Below are positions 19,638-29,009 of a stretch of DNA of 64,000 nucleotides, piece by piece (position 1 is the first letter of the stretch; every line of letters starts with the position of its first letter). Made by a program: the position numbers and the translations under genes. The notes under the pieces were generated by a model. It did not search any database and was not told the DNA's origin. It saw only the letters and a list, made by a program, of their open reading frames with translations. The stretch is from Prevotella sp. (GTDB lineage: Bacteria > Bacteroidota > Bacteroidia > Bacteroidales > Dysgonomonadaceae). Location: positions 32,005 through 96,004 of the forward strand of contig JAITVV010000025.1 of assembly GCA_031285625.1 (NCBI GenBank), given 5' to 3'.

Positions 19638-20426
19638 TTATGATTTAAGCCATCTTAGAAAACCAAGTTTTCTCAAATATCTTACACTTACAGATGTTTT
19701 TAGCTTATACAGCTCCTCTTTTTTATCCATCCACTCACTATACATACTATTATATAACGGATAAGCATAAGCTATATGTTCATCCCGCTCGGATTTCAAA
19801 AGTTGCTTGTTTTCAGCGTCGGAACTTATGCCATCTATAAAGAATGTTGAAAATGTTTCATTTACATGTTTATAGGTACATTTTGATAAACAAACTGCAT
19901 CTATAAAAAAGGCCCAGTCTGAAGCTATTTTCATATTTTCGGAATAATAGCCATAATTAACTAATAGTTCCCGTTTTATGAATGAAGCTGTATGAGGTAG
20001 TGCATCTTCGGCGAAATATTTAAAATCGAGCTGGTCAGGGTAGTTTTTAATATAACTTATCCCTGATGAAGCGTCAGTAATCTCCAAATTGAAATAAATT
20101 ATATCTTCACCGGAAATCTGATCTGTTATTTTTCGGATATCGGCCTGTTCCTGAATAACATCCCCACTATTAACGAAGAGGATATATTCTCCTTTAGCCT
20201 GTCTGATACCCTTATTCATAGCATTGTATATGCCGGAGTCGGGTTCACTGATCCAGAAATCTATGCGACTCTCATTTTCTTTTATGATATCTAAACTTCT
20301 ATCAGATGAATTTCCATCAATAACAAGGTACTCAAAGTCAGTGCCATTCTGAGAAACAATGCTTTTAATGGTTTTTTCTAACCCAATAGCATTATTGTAG
20401 TTTATTGTTATAATGGATACTTTCAT
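19638..20426 (-). CDS. GT2 glycosyltransferase (WcaE/WfgS-like)
   Basis: SIITINYNN, SEPDSGIYNAMNKG, VNSGD. Confidence 0.9.
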   Translation of the reverse strand: MKVSIITINYNNAIGLEKTIKSIVSQNGTDFEYLVIDGNSSDRSLDIIKENESRIDFWISEPDSGIYNAMNKGIRQAKGEYILFVNSGDVIQEQADIRKITDQISGEDIIYFNLEITDASSGISYIKNYPDQLDFKYFAEDALPHTASFIKRELLVNYGYYSENMKIASDWAFFIDAVCLSKCTYKHVNETFSTFFIDGISSDAENKQLLKSERDEHIAYAYPLYNSMYSEWMDKKEELYKLKTSVSVRYLRKLGFLRWLKS

Positions 20427-21328
20427 CTTTTTAATAGTCGGGATACCAATCTTTTTAATTCATAGTAAGCAACCATTGGCTGATGCCGGATAAACATGAA
20501 TAAGATTTCTTTATTGATCGATTGTGGAAAAGAAAACTTAAGTTTATATGATTGCCATTTGTAATACCAATTTTGGCTATATTTTTTATCTAGCTTCAAA
20601 TGTAGCCATTTTGCAATCATTCTGGAAACTTTATAGCCTTCTAATATACTTAATCCTCTGTCTTCAGCCTTATTTGATACTTTTACTGAGTGAGACCTGA
20701 AATAATTCAGGTATTCTTTTACTTCGGATACAGTTGCACCCTTATCTTCACAAAGGCTTCCCCATAATAACCAGTCCCCACAATATCTGAAGTTAACAAT
20801 CTCATCCCATAAATTTTTAGCTATAGCCTGTCTCTTGAAAACAACCATACTCGCATTGCAAATCGGATTGCTGAATAATAAATAATCTCTGGTGAATTGA
20901 TTAATATTCATCGAATAACCGGGTAGGATAGGAGGTTGCTCCGTTAGAATGTTGTTTTCTTTATCAACTATCTTGGTTTGCGAGAAGCAGAGGACAGAAT
21001 TATATTTAAGGATAGAATCCATCGCTTTTTCGAGCAATGTCAATTCTGCATAATCATCACTTTCTGCAATCCATATATAATCACCTTTAGCAAGTTCAAA
21101 TCCTTTTTTCCATTGCTTGAATGTAGAACCCGAATTAGTCTCATTATATACAATATGCGATATACGCGAATTGCCTCTGTATTGTTCAATGATATCCCTA
21201 CTATTATCCGGTGAGCAATCATCTAGGATAATTAGTTCAAAATCCTGATATGTCTGATTCAAGATCGAATCAATGCGCAGCTTCAGGTATGGAGCATGAT
21301 TATATGTAGGAAGTATGACTGATACCAT
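20423..21328 (-). CDS. GT2 glycosyltransferase
   Basis: SVILPTYNH, LDDCSPD, NSGSTFKQW, IAESDD. Confidence 0.9.
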   Translation of the reverse strand: MVSVILPTYNHAPYLKLRIDSILNQTYQDFELIILDDCSPDNSRDIIEQYRGNSRISHIVYNETNSGSTFKQWKKGFELAKGDYIWIAESDDYAELTLLEKAMDSILKYNSVLCFSQTKIVDKENNILTEQPPILPGYSMNINQFTRDYLLFSNPICNASMVVFKRQAIAKNLWDEIVNFRYCGDWLLWGSLCEDKGATVSEVKEYLNYFRSHSVKVSNKAEDRGLSILEGYKVSRMIAKWLHLKLDKKYSQNWYYKWQSYKLKFSFPQSINKEILFMFIRHQPMVAYYELKRLVSRLLKR

Positions 21329-21330
21329 AG

Positions 21331-22872
21331 TTAATCATTTTTGATATCTATCTTCCAGGAATTGGAATCGCTGGCTGTTTTAAAATAGTACTCTTCTTCT
21401 TCTGTCAGATTCTGATTGTCAATATACCAGCCATTATGTTGTGCTATAAAATCTCCGGCTACTCTTATTGCAAAATAAAAATTCAATAAGTCGTATGTAT
21501 AATGTGGAGGATATATGGCAAAGGTTGTATCCAACTCATTTCTATATAGATCATTACCCATTGGATTTTCCCAGTGTTTCTTCTCCCAATCAAGCACTTT
21601 CAGCTTTTGTTGGAAGTAGTCCGGGATATCATCTATCTTTAGAGCAAATCCGACCTTGGTTACGTCTCTATTTTTGTCGAGTATATCTATCAATTGCTTT
21701 ATATAATCTTTGGGTAGGTTTTTGTTTGGAATGATATCAGCATCAGTGATTATGTGATACCCTTTTGCGTATTTGTTGTATAAATTTTCATTTTTCCAGA
21801 ATACCAGATGTCCGTAATTATCTTCCATTCTTTCTATTGTTACTGTATTTTCCATCTCGTTATAATATTTCAGTAGAGGTGGATATGTTGATGCATTGTC
21901 AACAATAACAATATTCTTGTGCTTTCTCTCTAAGAGGAAATTTACAAGAGTCTTCAGATCGGATAACCTATTGTAATTGATTATTATTACAGGAATAGTT
22001 AGCGGGTCTTTTTTCTGATTACGGACGGTTTTATTAATCAAAGAGATGAGAGCATTAATACGATGATTGTATATATAATTTTCTCTATCCTCTTTATGTA
22101 TAATACAATTGATTACATTCCTTATTTTACGCCCGATTTTAAAGATTTTTTTATTATAAAAATTATAATATTTGCTGTGTTTCTCATATATGTCAAGTAA
22201 TTCGTAAGAGAAACTTTCTTTTATTACTTTTTGAGTTTCAGCAACAATTATTTTTTGATTTTCGGAAGTACTGCTTATCCCATCCATTTTGAAGGCAGTA
22301 ATCACAATGGGTAGATGTAATTGACTTACTCTGCCAAATACAATTAGCTTGAAGAAGAAAGCCCAATCCGATACAATTTTCAGATCTTCTCTGTAGAGTC
22401 CATACTCCTGAAACAAATTTCGCTTAATGAAGGTAACAGGATGACACAGGGTTGCAACAAACATATGGTTGATATCAACATGATCGGGCATAGCTGCTAT
22501 ATCTGTCTTCCCATCGGGAAATATTCTGTATAAATCTCCATAAACAAGATCCTGATCCGGGTTATTGATAAATACCTTTGCGAGAACTTCATTGTCATAC
22601 AGGGTATCTCCACTATTGATAAACAGGAGATAATCGCCTGTAGCTTTCTTTATGCCTTTATTCATGGCATTGTAAATGCCAGAGTCAGGTTCACTCACCC
22701 AGTAATTAATCTTATCTGAATATTCTTCAATTATCTCTTTACTACCGTCTGTAGAGTTACCATCTATTACTAAATACTCAAAATCAGCATATGACTGAGA
22801 AATAATACTTTGAATAGTATCTCTCAATCCTGATGAATTATTGTAGTTGATAGTAATAATGGATAGCTTCAT
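21331..22872 (-). CDS. Two-domain glycosyltransferase (WcaE-like GT2 plus a second GT-A domain)
   Basis: N-terminal SEPDSGIYNAMNKG domain. C-terminal IPVIIINYNR...VDNASTY...TDADI domain. Confidence 0.85.
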   Translation of the reverse strand: MKLSIITINYNNSSGLRDTIQSIISQSYADFEYLVIDGNSTDGSKEIIEEYSDKINYWVSEPDSGIYNAMNKGIKKATGDYLLFINSGDTLYDNEVLAKVFINNPDQDLVYGDLYRIFPDGKTDIAAMPDHVDINHMFVATLCHPVTFIKRNLFQEYGLYREDLKIVSDWAFFFKLIVFGRVSQLHLPIVITAFKMDGISSTSENQKIIVAETQKVIKESFSYELLDIYEKHSKYYNFYNKKIFKIGRKIRNVINCIIHKEDRENYIYNHRINALISLINKTVRNQKKDPLTIPVIIINYNRLSDLKTLVNFLLERKHKNIVIVDNASTYPPLLKYYNEMENTVTIERMEDNYGHLVFWKNENLYNKYAKGYHIITDADIIPNKNLPKDYIKQLIDILDKNRDVTKVGFALKIDDIPDYFQQKLKVLDWEKKHWENPMGNDLYRNELDTTFAIYPPHYTYDLLNFYFAIRVAGDFIAQHNGWYIDNQNLTEEEEYYFKTASDSNSWKIDIKND

Positions 22873-23882
22873 AAATTTGATATAATTCTGATTAATCTGC
22901 TTTTTAACCTATCCGAAAATTTTCTTTGTTTTTTATATTCAGCTTCTTGTTTTAGACGTTCTTCTTCCAGATAATTATTCCTTAAGACCGAGTAGAAACA
23001 TTCTACTTCCTTTAACTCAAAATATTTATTTGATATGAGATTGTCTGCATATTCTGCATATAATTTATGTAAGAGCTCTTCTTTATCTAAATCAAATCTT
23101 GATTGAAAGATTGATATGTTTAATGGTTGTACGGGTTTGAAAGAACTAAAATGTAAAAAAGTAAGAGGGTACTTTTCATTTATATAGTACTTATCATCTT
23201 TTAAAGATATCTTTCTTTCGTGAAAGTTCCAATAAGCGTAGTTATATCCTGGTGTTCTGGATACTTGTACATCTTCAAAAAATAGAGGTGCAAAATTCAT
23301 CGGCAGCTGATCGACAAACAAACCTTCGGCTACCCTGTTAAATGATTGCACAGATAATCTTTCGGCCCACCATTGTAACAGTTTATCTGCTTGCAGGGAT
23401 GGTCTGATAGCCAGAAAACCAAGATTATATAACCCATAATTAAGGAAGGTAGACTCATAAGGGAACTTTCCATCCAGAGGAATGGGAGATAATATATGTG
23501 GTGTTAACAATGCACTCTTTTGCTGCAGTTCTGACTCTATTGGTGATAAGCTATCAAAGACTTTGATATCCGGATCGAAATACATGATTGTTTCAACATC
23601 TCGATATTGCTTGAGTAGATATTGAAAAAAGAATGGTTTGATTGCTGTATTTAATTCTATAATATAATAGTTGTAAATCATCCATTCAAAATTCGCTATA
23701 TCAAGTTTTTCAGCTTCAATGATTTCGTAAGGTTCAAAGAAACTATAATCAATATCCTTGCTTTTTTTATCGCATAATCCTATAATGAATTTATAATCAG
23801 GATTATACTTAATTAGAGAATCTCCTAAAGTTTTCGCCTGTGATAAGTAATTATTGGAGCATATGGTAAAAACTATCTTCAT
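22869..23882 (-). CDS. Putative GT-A glycosyltransferase
   Basis: FTICSNNYL, ELNTAIKP, YFDPDI, GLYNLGF, FVDQ motifs seen in polysaccharide-locus transferases. Confidence 0.75.
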   Translation of the reverse strand: MKIVFTICSNNYLSQAKTLGDSLIKYNPDYKFIIGLCDKKSKDIDYSFFEPYEIIEAEKLDIANFEWMIYNYYIIELNTAIKPFFFQYLLKQYRDVETIMYFDPDIKVFDSLSPIESELQQKSALLTPHILSPIPLDGKFPYESTFLNYGLYNLGFLAIRPSLQADKLLQWWAERLSVQSFNRVAEGLFVDQLPMNFAPLFFEDVQVSRTPGYNYAYWNFHERKISLKDDKYYINEKYPLTFLHFSSFKPVQPLNISIFQSRFDLDKEELLHKLYAEYADNLISNKYFELKEVECFYSVLRNNYLEEERLKQEAEYKKQRKFSDRLKSRLIRIISNL

Positions 23883-24682
23883 AATCTATATCCAAAAATA
23901 TTCAGTTGTAAATCGTAATGGGAAGTTCTCGGATCAATATAGGGAACCGGCATATTATTCCAAGCTTCTTTTATATAATATTTGAATCCTGCCTTTTTTA
24001 ATATTAGAAGAATTTCATCCAGCTTTTGCTCATTTTTAAGGAAACTATGATATTCGATAAAAATGTTGTTTACATTTACCAGATTCTCAGCACAATCTAT
24101 CAATACATCGTATTCTACGCCTTCAATATCTATTTTTAGGAAATCTATTTCAGATGTGAGATAGTCTTTTAATCTTACTGCATCTATTTTAGTCGTTCCT
24201 TCTCCTTCTTCGCTGATCTGTCCACCCACAGATCCATCAGATTTAAAAGATAATACAGTATTCTCTGTCCAAACGGCTTTAGGTACTATTTCTACATCAT
24301 CAAAACCAAAAGAGTGTAGATTAGATTTTAATATCTTAGCTATATCAGTATCTGCCTCAAAAGCAATGACTCTGGCTTTTGGATATAATCTTTTGAAAAA
24401 AATGGCACTAAGACCTATATTTGCTCCACAATCTAGTATAAGAGGGTTCTCTTTTTTTGAATTAAACTGATAGGTTTTTTCTAAGAAGATCTCATTCAAT
24501 CCATGCACATACCAGAAGAAGTTTGTAATTTCAATCTTTTTGTTGAAGAGCGTCGTTTCTGTTTTTCCAAGCCCTCTCTTTAGTCTAACAACTTCTGAAT
24601 TATCTATCTCCAATGGCCTGTAAATTTTATTATGACGATAGTCAGCTATTCTGTCCAGTACTTTTTTAATAATTTTCATCAT
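23879..24682 (-). CDS. FkbM family methyltransferase
   Basis: ILDCGANIG, AFEAD, FLKIDIEG.E. Confidence 0.9.
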   Translation of the reverse strand: MMKIIKKVLDRIADYRHNKIYRPLEIDNSEVVRLKRGLGKTETTLFNKKIEITNFFWYVHGLNEIFLEKTYQFNSKKENPLILDCGANIGLSAIFFKRLYPKARVIAFEADTDIAKILKSNLHSFGFDDVEIVPKAVWTENTVLSFKSDGSVGGQISEEGEGTTKIDAVRLKDYLTSEIDFLKIDIEGVEYDVLIDCAENLVNVNNIFIEYHSFLKNEQKLDEILLILKKAGFKYYIKEAWNNMPVPYIDPRTSHYDLQLNIFGYRL

Positions 24683-25298
24683 TTGTGTTTTTTATATCTA
24701 TCCATTTATTCTGTTCAAAAGAAAATCTTTTTATAGCTCTGGCCGGAGATCCTGCAAGCATTGTATAGTCAGGAAACGATTTTGTTACTACAGAGTTGGC
24801 TCCAACTACACAATTTTTTCCTAAAGTAACGCCGGATAAGACGCATACTCTATAGCCAAGAAAGCTATTACAACCGATTTCTACTGGTCCTTTAGAAGTT
24901 AGATCTTGCTCCTTGGGCGAAAGGTTTAATGTAGGATCATATCCATGTCCATGATCCGAAATATATACATATTCACTAAACAAGCAGCCATCACCTATTT
25001 GAACTCTGTCAATTGCTGTTATACAAACATAATTTCCTATTCTGACATTATTCCCGATAACTATGCTTGGCGTGAATTTTTGATTTAGGTAGCTGTCGAA
25101 AGCTCCCAACCAGGCATTCCTTCCTATTCCGGTATCTTTCCCCAACCTTATATACTGTGCTCCGTCAATTTGTAAAGTCGGACCATCAATAAACGAATTT
25201 TCACCATATTGTATGCCGGGCGTATCGGTTGGAATTGCTGATAGAGAGTTATTCTTTCGTAGAATGTATTTATATAAATAAGATTTCAATTTATTCAT
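24666..25298 (-). CDS. Hexapeptide-repeat (LbH) O-acyltransferase
   Basis: IGNNVRIG, ISDHGHG, GVTLGKNCVVGANSVVT, AGSPAR. Confidence 0.88.
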   Translation of the reverse strand: MNKLKSYLYKYILRKNNSLSAIPTDTPGIQYGENSFIDGPTLQIDGAQYIRLGKDTGIGRNAWLGAFDSYLNQKFTPSIVIGNNVRIGNYVCITAIDRVQIGDGCLFSEYVYISDHGHGYDPTLNLSPKEQDLTSKGPVEIGCNSFLGYRVCVLSGVTLGKNCVVGANSVVTKSFPDYTMLAGSPARAIKRFSFEQNKWIDIKNTNDENY

Positions 25299-25309
25299 AT
25301 CAGAGATAT

Positions 25310-26275
25310 TTAAGATAACTGTTCTTTTATATCATCGGCTGAGAACCGAAACCATTCTTTTTTCTGAACACTGATAACTTTATTGTAAGGCATAATCATT
25401 CCCAAAAATAAGCCAACATTGGTGGTGTATGTTCCGATGAATAATTCGGACTTTCGGATTATTTCTATTGAAGAAAATAATTTTACCAGTTTTTCTTTCT
25501 TATTAAGACCAGACATTATTTTGAAAACATCGTGATCATAACCCTGTTCGTCAGGTGTTGTTAATGTTGTAATTTCCCAGTTGGGATATTCATTCTTTAC
25601 TTCTTTAATCACATTATAATCATCTGTCAGTATAAATGTATTCCGATTGTCGGAAACCAGGCTTGCTGCATCAAAGTAGTATAATATAGGACATAAAGAA
25701 CATTCAGTAATTTTGTCTCCTCTGCGAATTTGCATTGAGTTATATTGAGACGGTAATGTAATATTACATATATGTGATTGGACCTCTTTTAAGGTTTTAT
25801 CATTATATCGATATATCATGTTCACTATGACAGTAGAAGCTATTCTCAGATCGCCATGAATACCTAATGCCGGAATATCAAAGAAAGCATGATCAAAATC
25901 TCTACAAAAATATTTATTCCACAACTCATAGGTTAAATATGTTTTTCTGTTGAATGTTCTGTATAGTTTCCATAAAAAATAATGCTTCTTTTTTATTTGT
26001 AGAGGTTTATAGTTTCTTGTATTGTAGTACTTATGTAAGAAGAATGTTGACTCTTCACAAAATGGGAGAAAGAAATCGTTCCACCCTTCTTTGTACGAAA
26101 AATTGGCGTCTTTTGAATATAGAATAAATTTATACTCATATTTTAGGCAATATAATATCGCAAATACCATATTGCATAGTTCAGAATAAAATCCTGCACT
26201 GGCACCAATATGAAAAATATATTCTTTTTTGAATGAGTTGTTTAAAACCCTGTATTTGCTTAATAGGTCATCCAT
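25310..26275 (-). CDS. Putative fucosyltransferase (GT11/GT23/NodZ-like fold)
   Basis: AGFYSE N-terminal motif, QIRRGDK (HxRRGD-like GDP-fucose motif), FILTDD, FIGTYTTNV. Confidence 0.55.
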   Translation of the reverse strand: MDDLLSKYRVLNNSFKKEYIFHIGASAGFYSELCNMVFAILYCLKYEYKFILYSKDANFSYKEGWNDFFLPFCEESTFFLHKYYNTRNYKPLQIKKKHYFLWKLYRTFNRKTYLTYELWNKYFCRDFDHAFFDIPALGIHGDLRIASTVIVNMIYRYNDKTLKEVQSHICNITLPSQYNSMQIRRGDKITECSLCPILYYFDAASLVSDNRNTFILTDDYNVIKEVKNEYPNWEITTLTTPDEQGYDHDVFKIMSGLNKKEKLVKLFSSIEIIRKSELFIGTYTTNVGLFLGMIMPYNKVISVQKKEWFRFSADDIKEQLS

Positions 26276-27531
26276 TATTCAAGTATTAAGAACCCATTGT
26301 CTTTATATTCAAATTCTAAACCTGTAATTCCTATTTTTCCTTTTGATATTATCTTAACAAAATCGGGAATATTTAAGAACAATTCTATATTAGGTTGATG
26401 GAGTGATATTCCTAAAAAGAAATTCCCTTTTGTCATATTTTGGGGCAGGTGAATTGTTTCTTCAATCTTGAAATGCCCTTTTTCATATCTTTCGTTTTCA
26501 GCTTTGATATGTCCGGGACTAAATACTCCAAGCCTGACTTTCCTGTAATCATATAGCACTAGTCCTAAAGACATAGTTTTTTCTGAATAATTTTCTCCTT
26601 CTATAACTATATTTAGTTCAGTGTTCTTTTCATCTATATTGATAATATTACTTTCAGAGTTGTTTATTGTGATAGAGTCGATTTTTATACCTGGATGACA
26701 ATACTCGATTCCGCTTATAATTTTTTCTTCTGAAAATGAATCATTTTTTAAGTAATATTCGATTGAGTTTTCAACAGAACCTGCGTATGAAACCAATCCG
26801 TTTTCTAAAACTACTCCGTTGGTGCAAAGTGCTTCCACAGCACCCATATTGTGACTTACAAATAATACAGTACGTCCTTCACCTCTCGATACATCCTGCA
26901 TCTTTCCGATAGCCTTTTTCTGAAATTCTGCATCTCCAACAGCTAGTACCTCATCTACAACGAGTATCTCCGGCTCAAGATGTGCCGCTATAGCAAATCC
27001 TAAGCGTACAGTCATTCCTGAAGAATAACGTTTGACGGGTGTATCAATATATTTTTCTACCCCGGCAAAATCAACGATCTCATCCAGCTTTCTTTTTATT
27101 TCAGACTTGTTCATCCCCATAATAGATCCATTCATGAATATGTTTTCACGTCCGGTCATCTCTGGATGGAAGCCCGTGCCGACTTCAAGTAATGAAGCTA
27201 TTCTTCCTTTTGCTTTTATGCTCCCTGTAGAGGGTGATGTTACTCTTGATAATATTTTGAGTAAGGTTGATTTACCTGCTCCATTTTTACCAATGATACC
27301 AAGTACTTCTCCTTGTCTTACGTCGAAACTAATATCTTTTAATGCCCAAATATATTTGCTGGAGGCTTTTGATGAACGATCATTAACTTCTCCAATTTTA
27401 AGATAGGGATCTTCTTTTCCTCTAACAACATGCCACCAACGATTCAGGTCATGGGTTATAGTCCCTGTACCTACCAGTCCTAAGCGGTATTGCTTGGAAA
27501 TATTTTCAAATTTTATAGCAATGTCTGACAT
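26275..27531 (-). CDS. wzt: Polysaccharide ABC exporter ATPase with C-terminal Wzt_C-like domain
   Basis: GKNGAGKST, YSSGM, VDEVLAVGDAEFQKK, VSH; about 160-aa C-terminal extension. Confidence 0.92.
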   Translation of the reverse strand: MSDIAIKFENISKQYRLGLVGTGTITHDLNRWWHVVRGKEDPYLKIGEVNDRSSKASSKYIWALKDISFDVRQGEVLGIIGKNGAGKSTLLKILSRVTSPSTGSIKAKGRIASLLEVGTGFHPEMTGRENIFMNGSIMGMNKSEIKRKLDEIVDFAGVEKYIDTPVKRYSSGMTVRLGFAIAAHLEPEILVVDEVLAVGDAEFQKKAIGKMQDVSRGEGRTVLFVSHNMGAVEALCTNGVVLENGLVSYAGSVENSIEYYLKNDSFSEEKIISGIEYCHPGIKIDSITINNSESNIINIDEKNTELNIVIEGENYSEKTMSLGLVLYDYRKVRLGVFSPGHIKAENERYEKGHFKIEETIHLPQNMTKGNFFLGISLHQPNIELFLNIPDFVKIISKGKIGITGLEFEYKDNGFLILE

Positions 27532-27579
27532 ATATTCAGATTGATTTGTTCATAATTTATTTTAGGTGATATTCAAATG

Positions 27580-28440
27580 TTATACGACGTCAATGAAACT
27601 TCGTTCTACTTTATTGAATACCCAAGAGCCTATAACAATAACAATAATTGTTACGACAAAACTATACCCCAGCCAGAACCAACTAACTGTACCGGCTCCC
27701 ATGAAACCGTACCTTAGGGTCTCTACAATGGAAGTCAATGGATTAAGCTGGATCAGCCACATGTAATCTTCATATTTCTCTTTCATTACAGATAATGGGT
27801 ATACTACAGGTGTAGCATACATCCATAATGAAGTGACAAATCCAAAAAGAATGGCCATGTCTCTGTATTTTGTTGTAACAGAAGATATTATTATCCCAAA
27901 TCCAAGTCCTAGGCCTGCTAACATCAACACCAATAGAGGAAAGAGTAGAATATAAGAATTGGGCTGTATATTTGTTCCACTATATATATAATAGAAATAT
28001 ACAGCAAGGAATAGCAGTAATTGGATTGCCAGCCGTACCAGATTGGAGAGAACTGCAGATATTGGCACAACTAATCGGGGAAAATATACTTTACTGAATA
28101 CTCCGGCATTCCCGAGGAATGTTCCGGACGTCTTGCCCAGACAATCGGAAAAATATGACCAGCATAATATACCAGACAGGTAAAATAATGTTTGTGGTAG
28201 ACCGTCAGTTGGAATTTGGGCTATGCTACCAAACACAAACATATACATCACAGTTGTAAAGAGTGGTTGTATGATAAACCATAGAGGGCCTAATACTGTT
28301 TGTTTGTATATCGTAACAATGTCGCGGCGGACATACATTTGTAATAAGTCGCGGTATCGCCATACTTCTTTCAAATTGAGAGAGAAATTACTACCACGGG
28401 GTTTAATTTCTATATCCCAATGTTCTTTTTCAGATTCCAT
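27580..28440 (-). CDS. wzm: Polysaccharide ABC exporter permease
   Basis: RRDIVTIYKQTVLGPLW, KVYFPRL, KYRD, NPLTSIVE. Confidence 0.92.
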   Translation of the reverse strand: MESEKEHWDIEIKPRGSNFSLNLKEVWRYRDLLQMYVRRDIVTIYKQTVLGPLWFIIQPLFTTVMYMFVFGSIAQIPTDGLPQTLFYLSGILCWSYFSDCLGKTSGTFLGNAGVFSKVYFPRLVVPISAVLSNLVRLAIQLLLFLAVYFYYIYSGTNIQPNSYILLFPLLVLMLAGLGLGFGIIISSVTTKYRDMAILFGFVTSLWMYATPVVYPLSVMKEKYEDYMWLIQLNPLTSIVETLRYGFMGAGTVSWFWLGYSFVVTIIVIVIGSWVFNKVERSFIDVV

Positions 28441-28491
28441 CTAGATGTTTAATATGATTATATAGGTTTGTGTGAATTATTTATAAGGGTA

Positions 28492-28499
28492 CAAAGATA
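28492..28499 (-). promoter_or_regulatory. -7 promoter element (TATCTTTG) of the glycan operon
   Basis: CAAAGATA on + strand, about 50 nt upstream of the wzm start. Confidence 0.6.
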
Positions 28500-28545
28500 G
28501 CTAATTTTGTCAAATAAATAAGTTTGTGTGATTTGCATCTTTGTT

Positions 28546-28585
28546 AAATAAAAAAACCTATATGAGGTGTTCCTCATACAGGTTT
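28546..28585 (-). terminator. Intrinsic terminator of the small lipoprotein gene
   Basis: AAACCT.TATGAGG/CCTCATA.AGGTTT stem with a U tract on the - strand. Confidence 0.75.
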
Positions 28586-28609
28586 GTAAATTTTTGGCTG
28601 TTTACTGTA

Positions 28610-28834
28610 TTATTTCTTTACAGCGTTAGCTAGAGAATCAGCAGCAGCTTTTGCAACAGCAGCGATTGAGTCAGCAGTAGCTTTAGCTTGAGCTTCAGCT
28701 TGTGCAGCTGCTTCAACAGCAGCGATAGAATCAGCAGTAGCTTTAGCTTTAGCTTCTTCAGCAGCTTTATTATTTCCACATGATGCAAAAGAGATTGCTA
28801 CAACAGCAACAGCAAATAAAACTAATTTTTTCAT
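28610..28834 (-). CDS. Small Ala-rich lipoprotein with internal repeats
   Basis: MKKLVLFAVAVVAISFASC lipobox; repeated AKATADSIAAV; own promoter (TATCTTTG at 28897-28904) and terminator. Confidence 0.85.
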   Translation of the reverse strand: MKKLVLFAVAVVAISFASCGNNKAAEEAKAKATADSIAAVEAAAQAEAQAKATADSIAAVAKAAADSLANAVKK

Positions 28835-29009
28835 TTTCTTTTCTATTAAAACTTAAACGGTAAATGTATTTGAGTTATTTTTCTGATAACACGCTGCAAA
28901 GATATACATATTTCTTTAGATGTTATACAACACAATTATGTTTTTTTTAGTGTTTTTTTAATTTTTTCTTAAGAAAATGATTCTGTTAGTCTGTTTTTAC
29001 ATTAACTGT

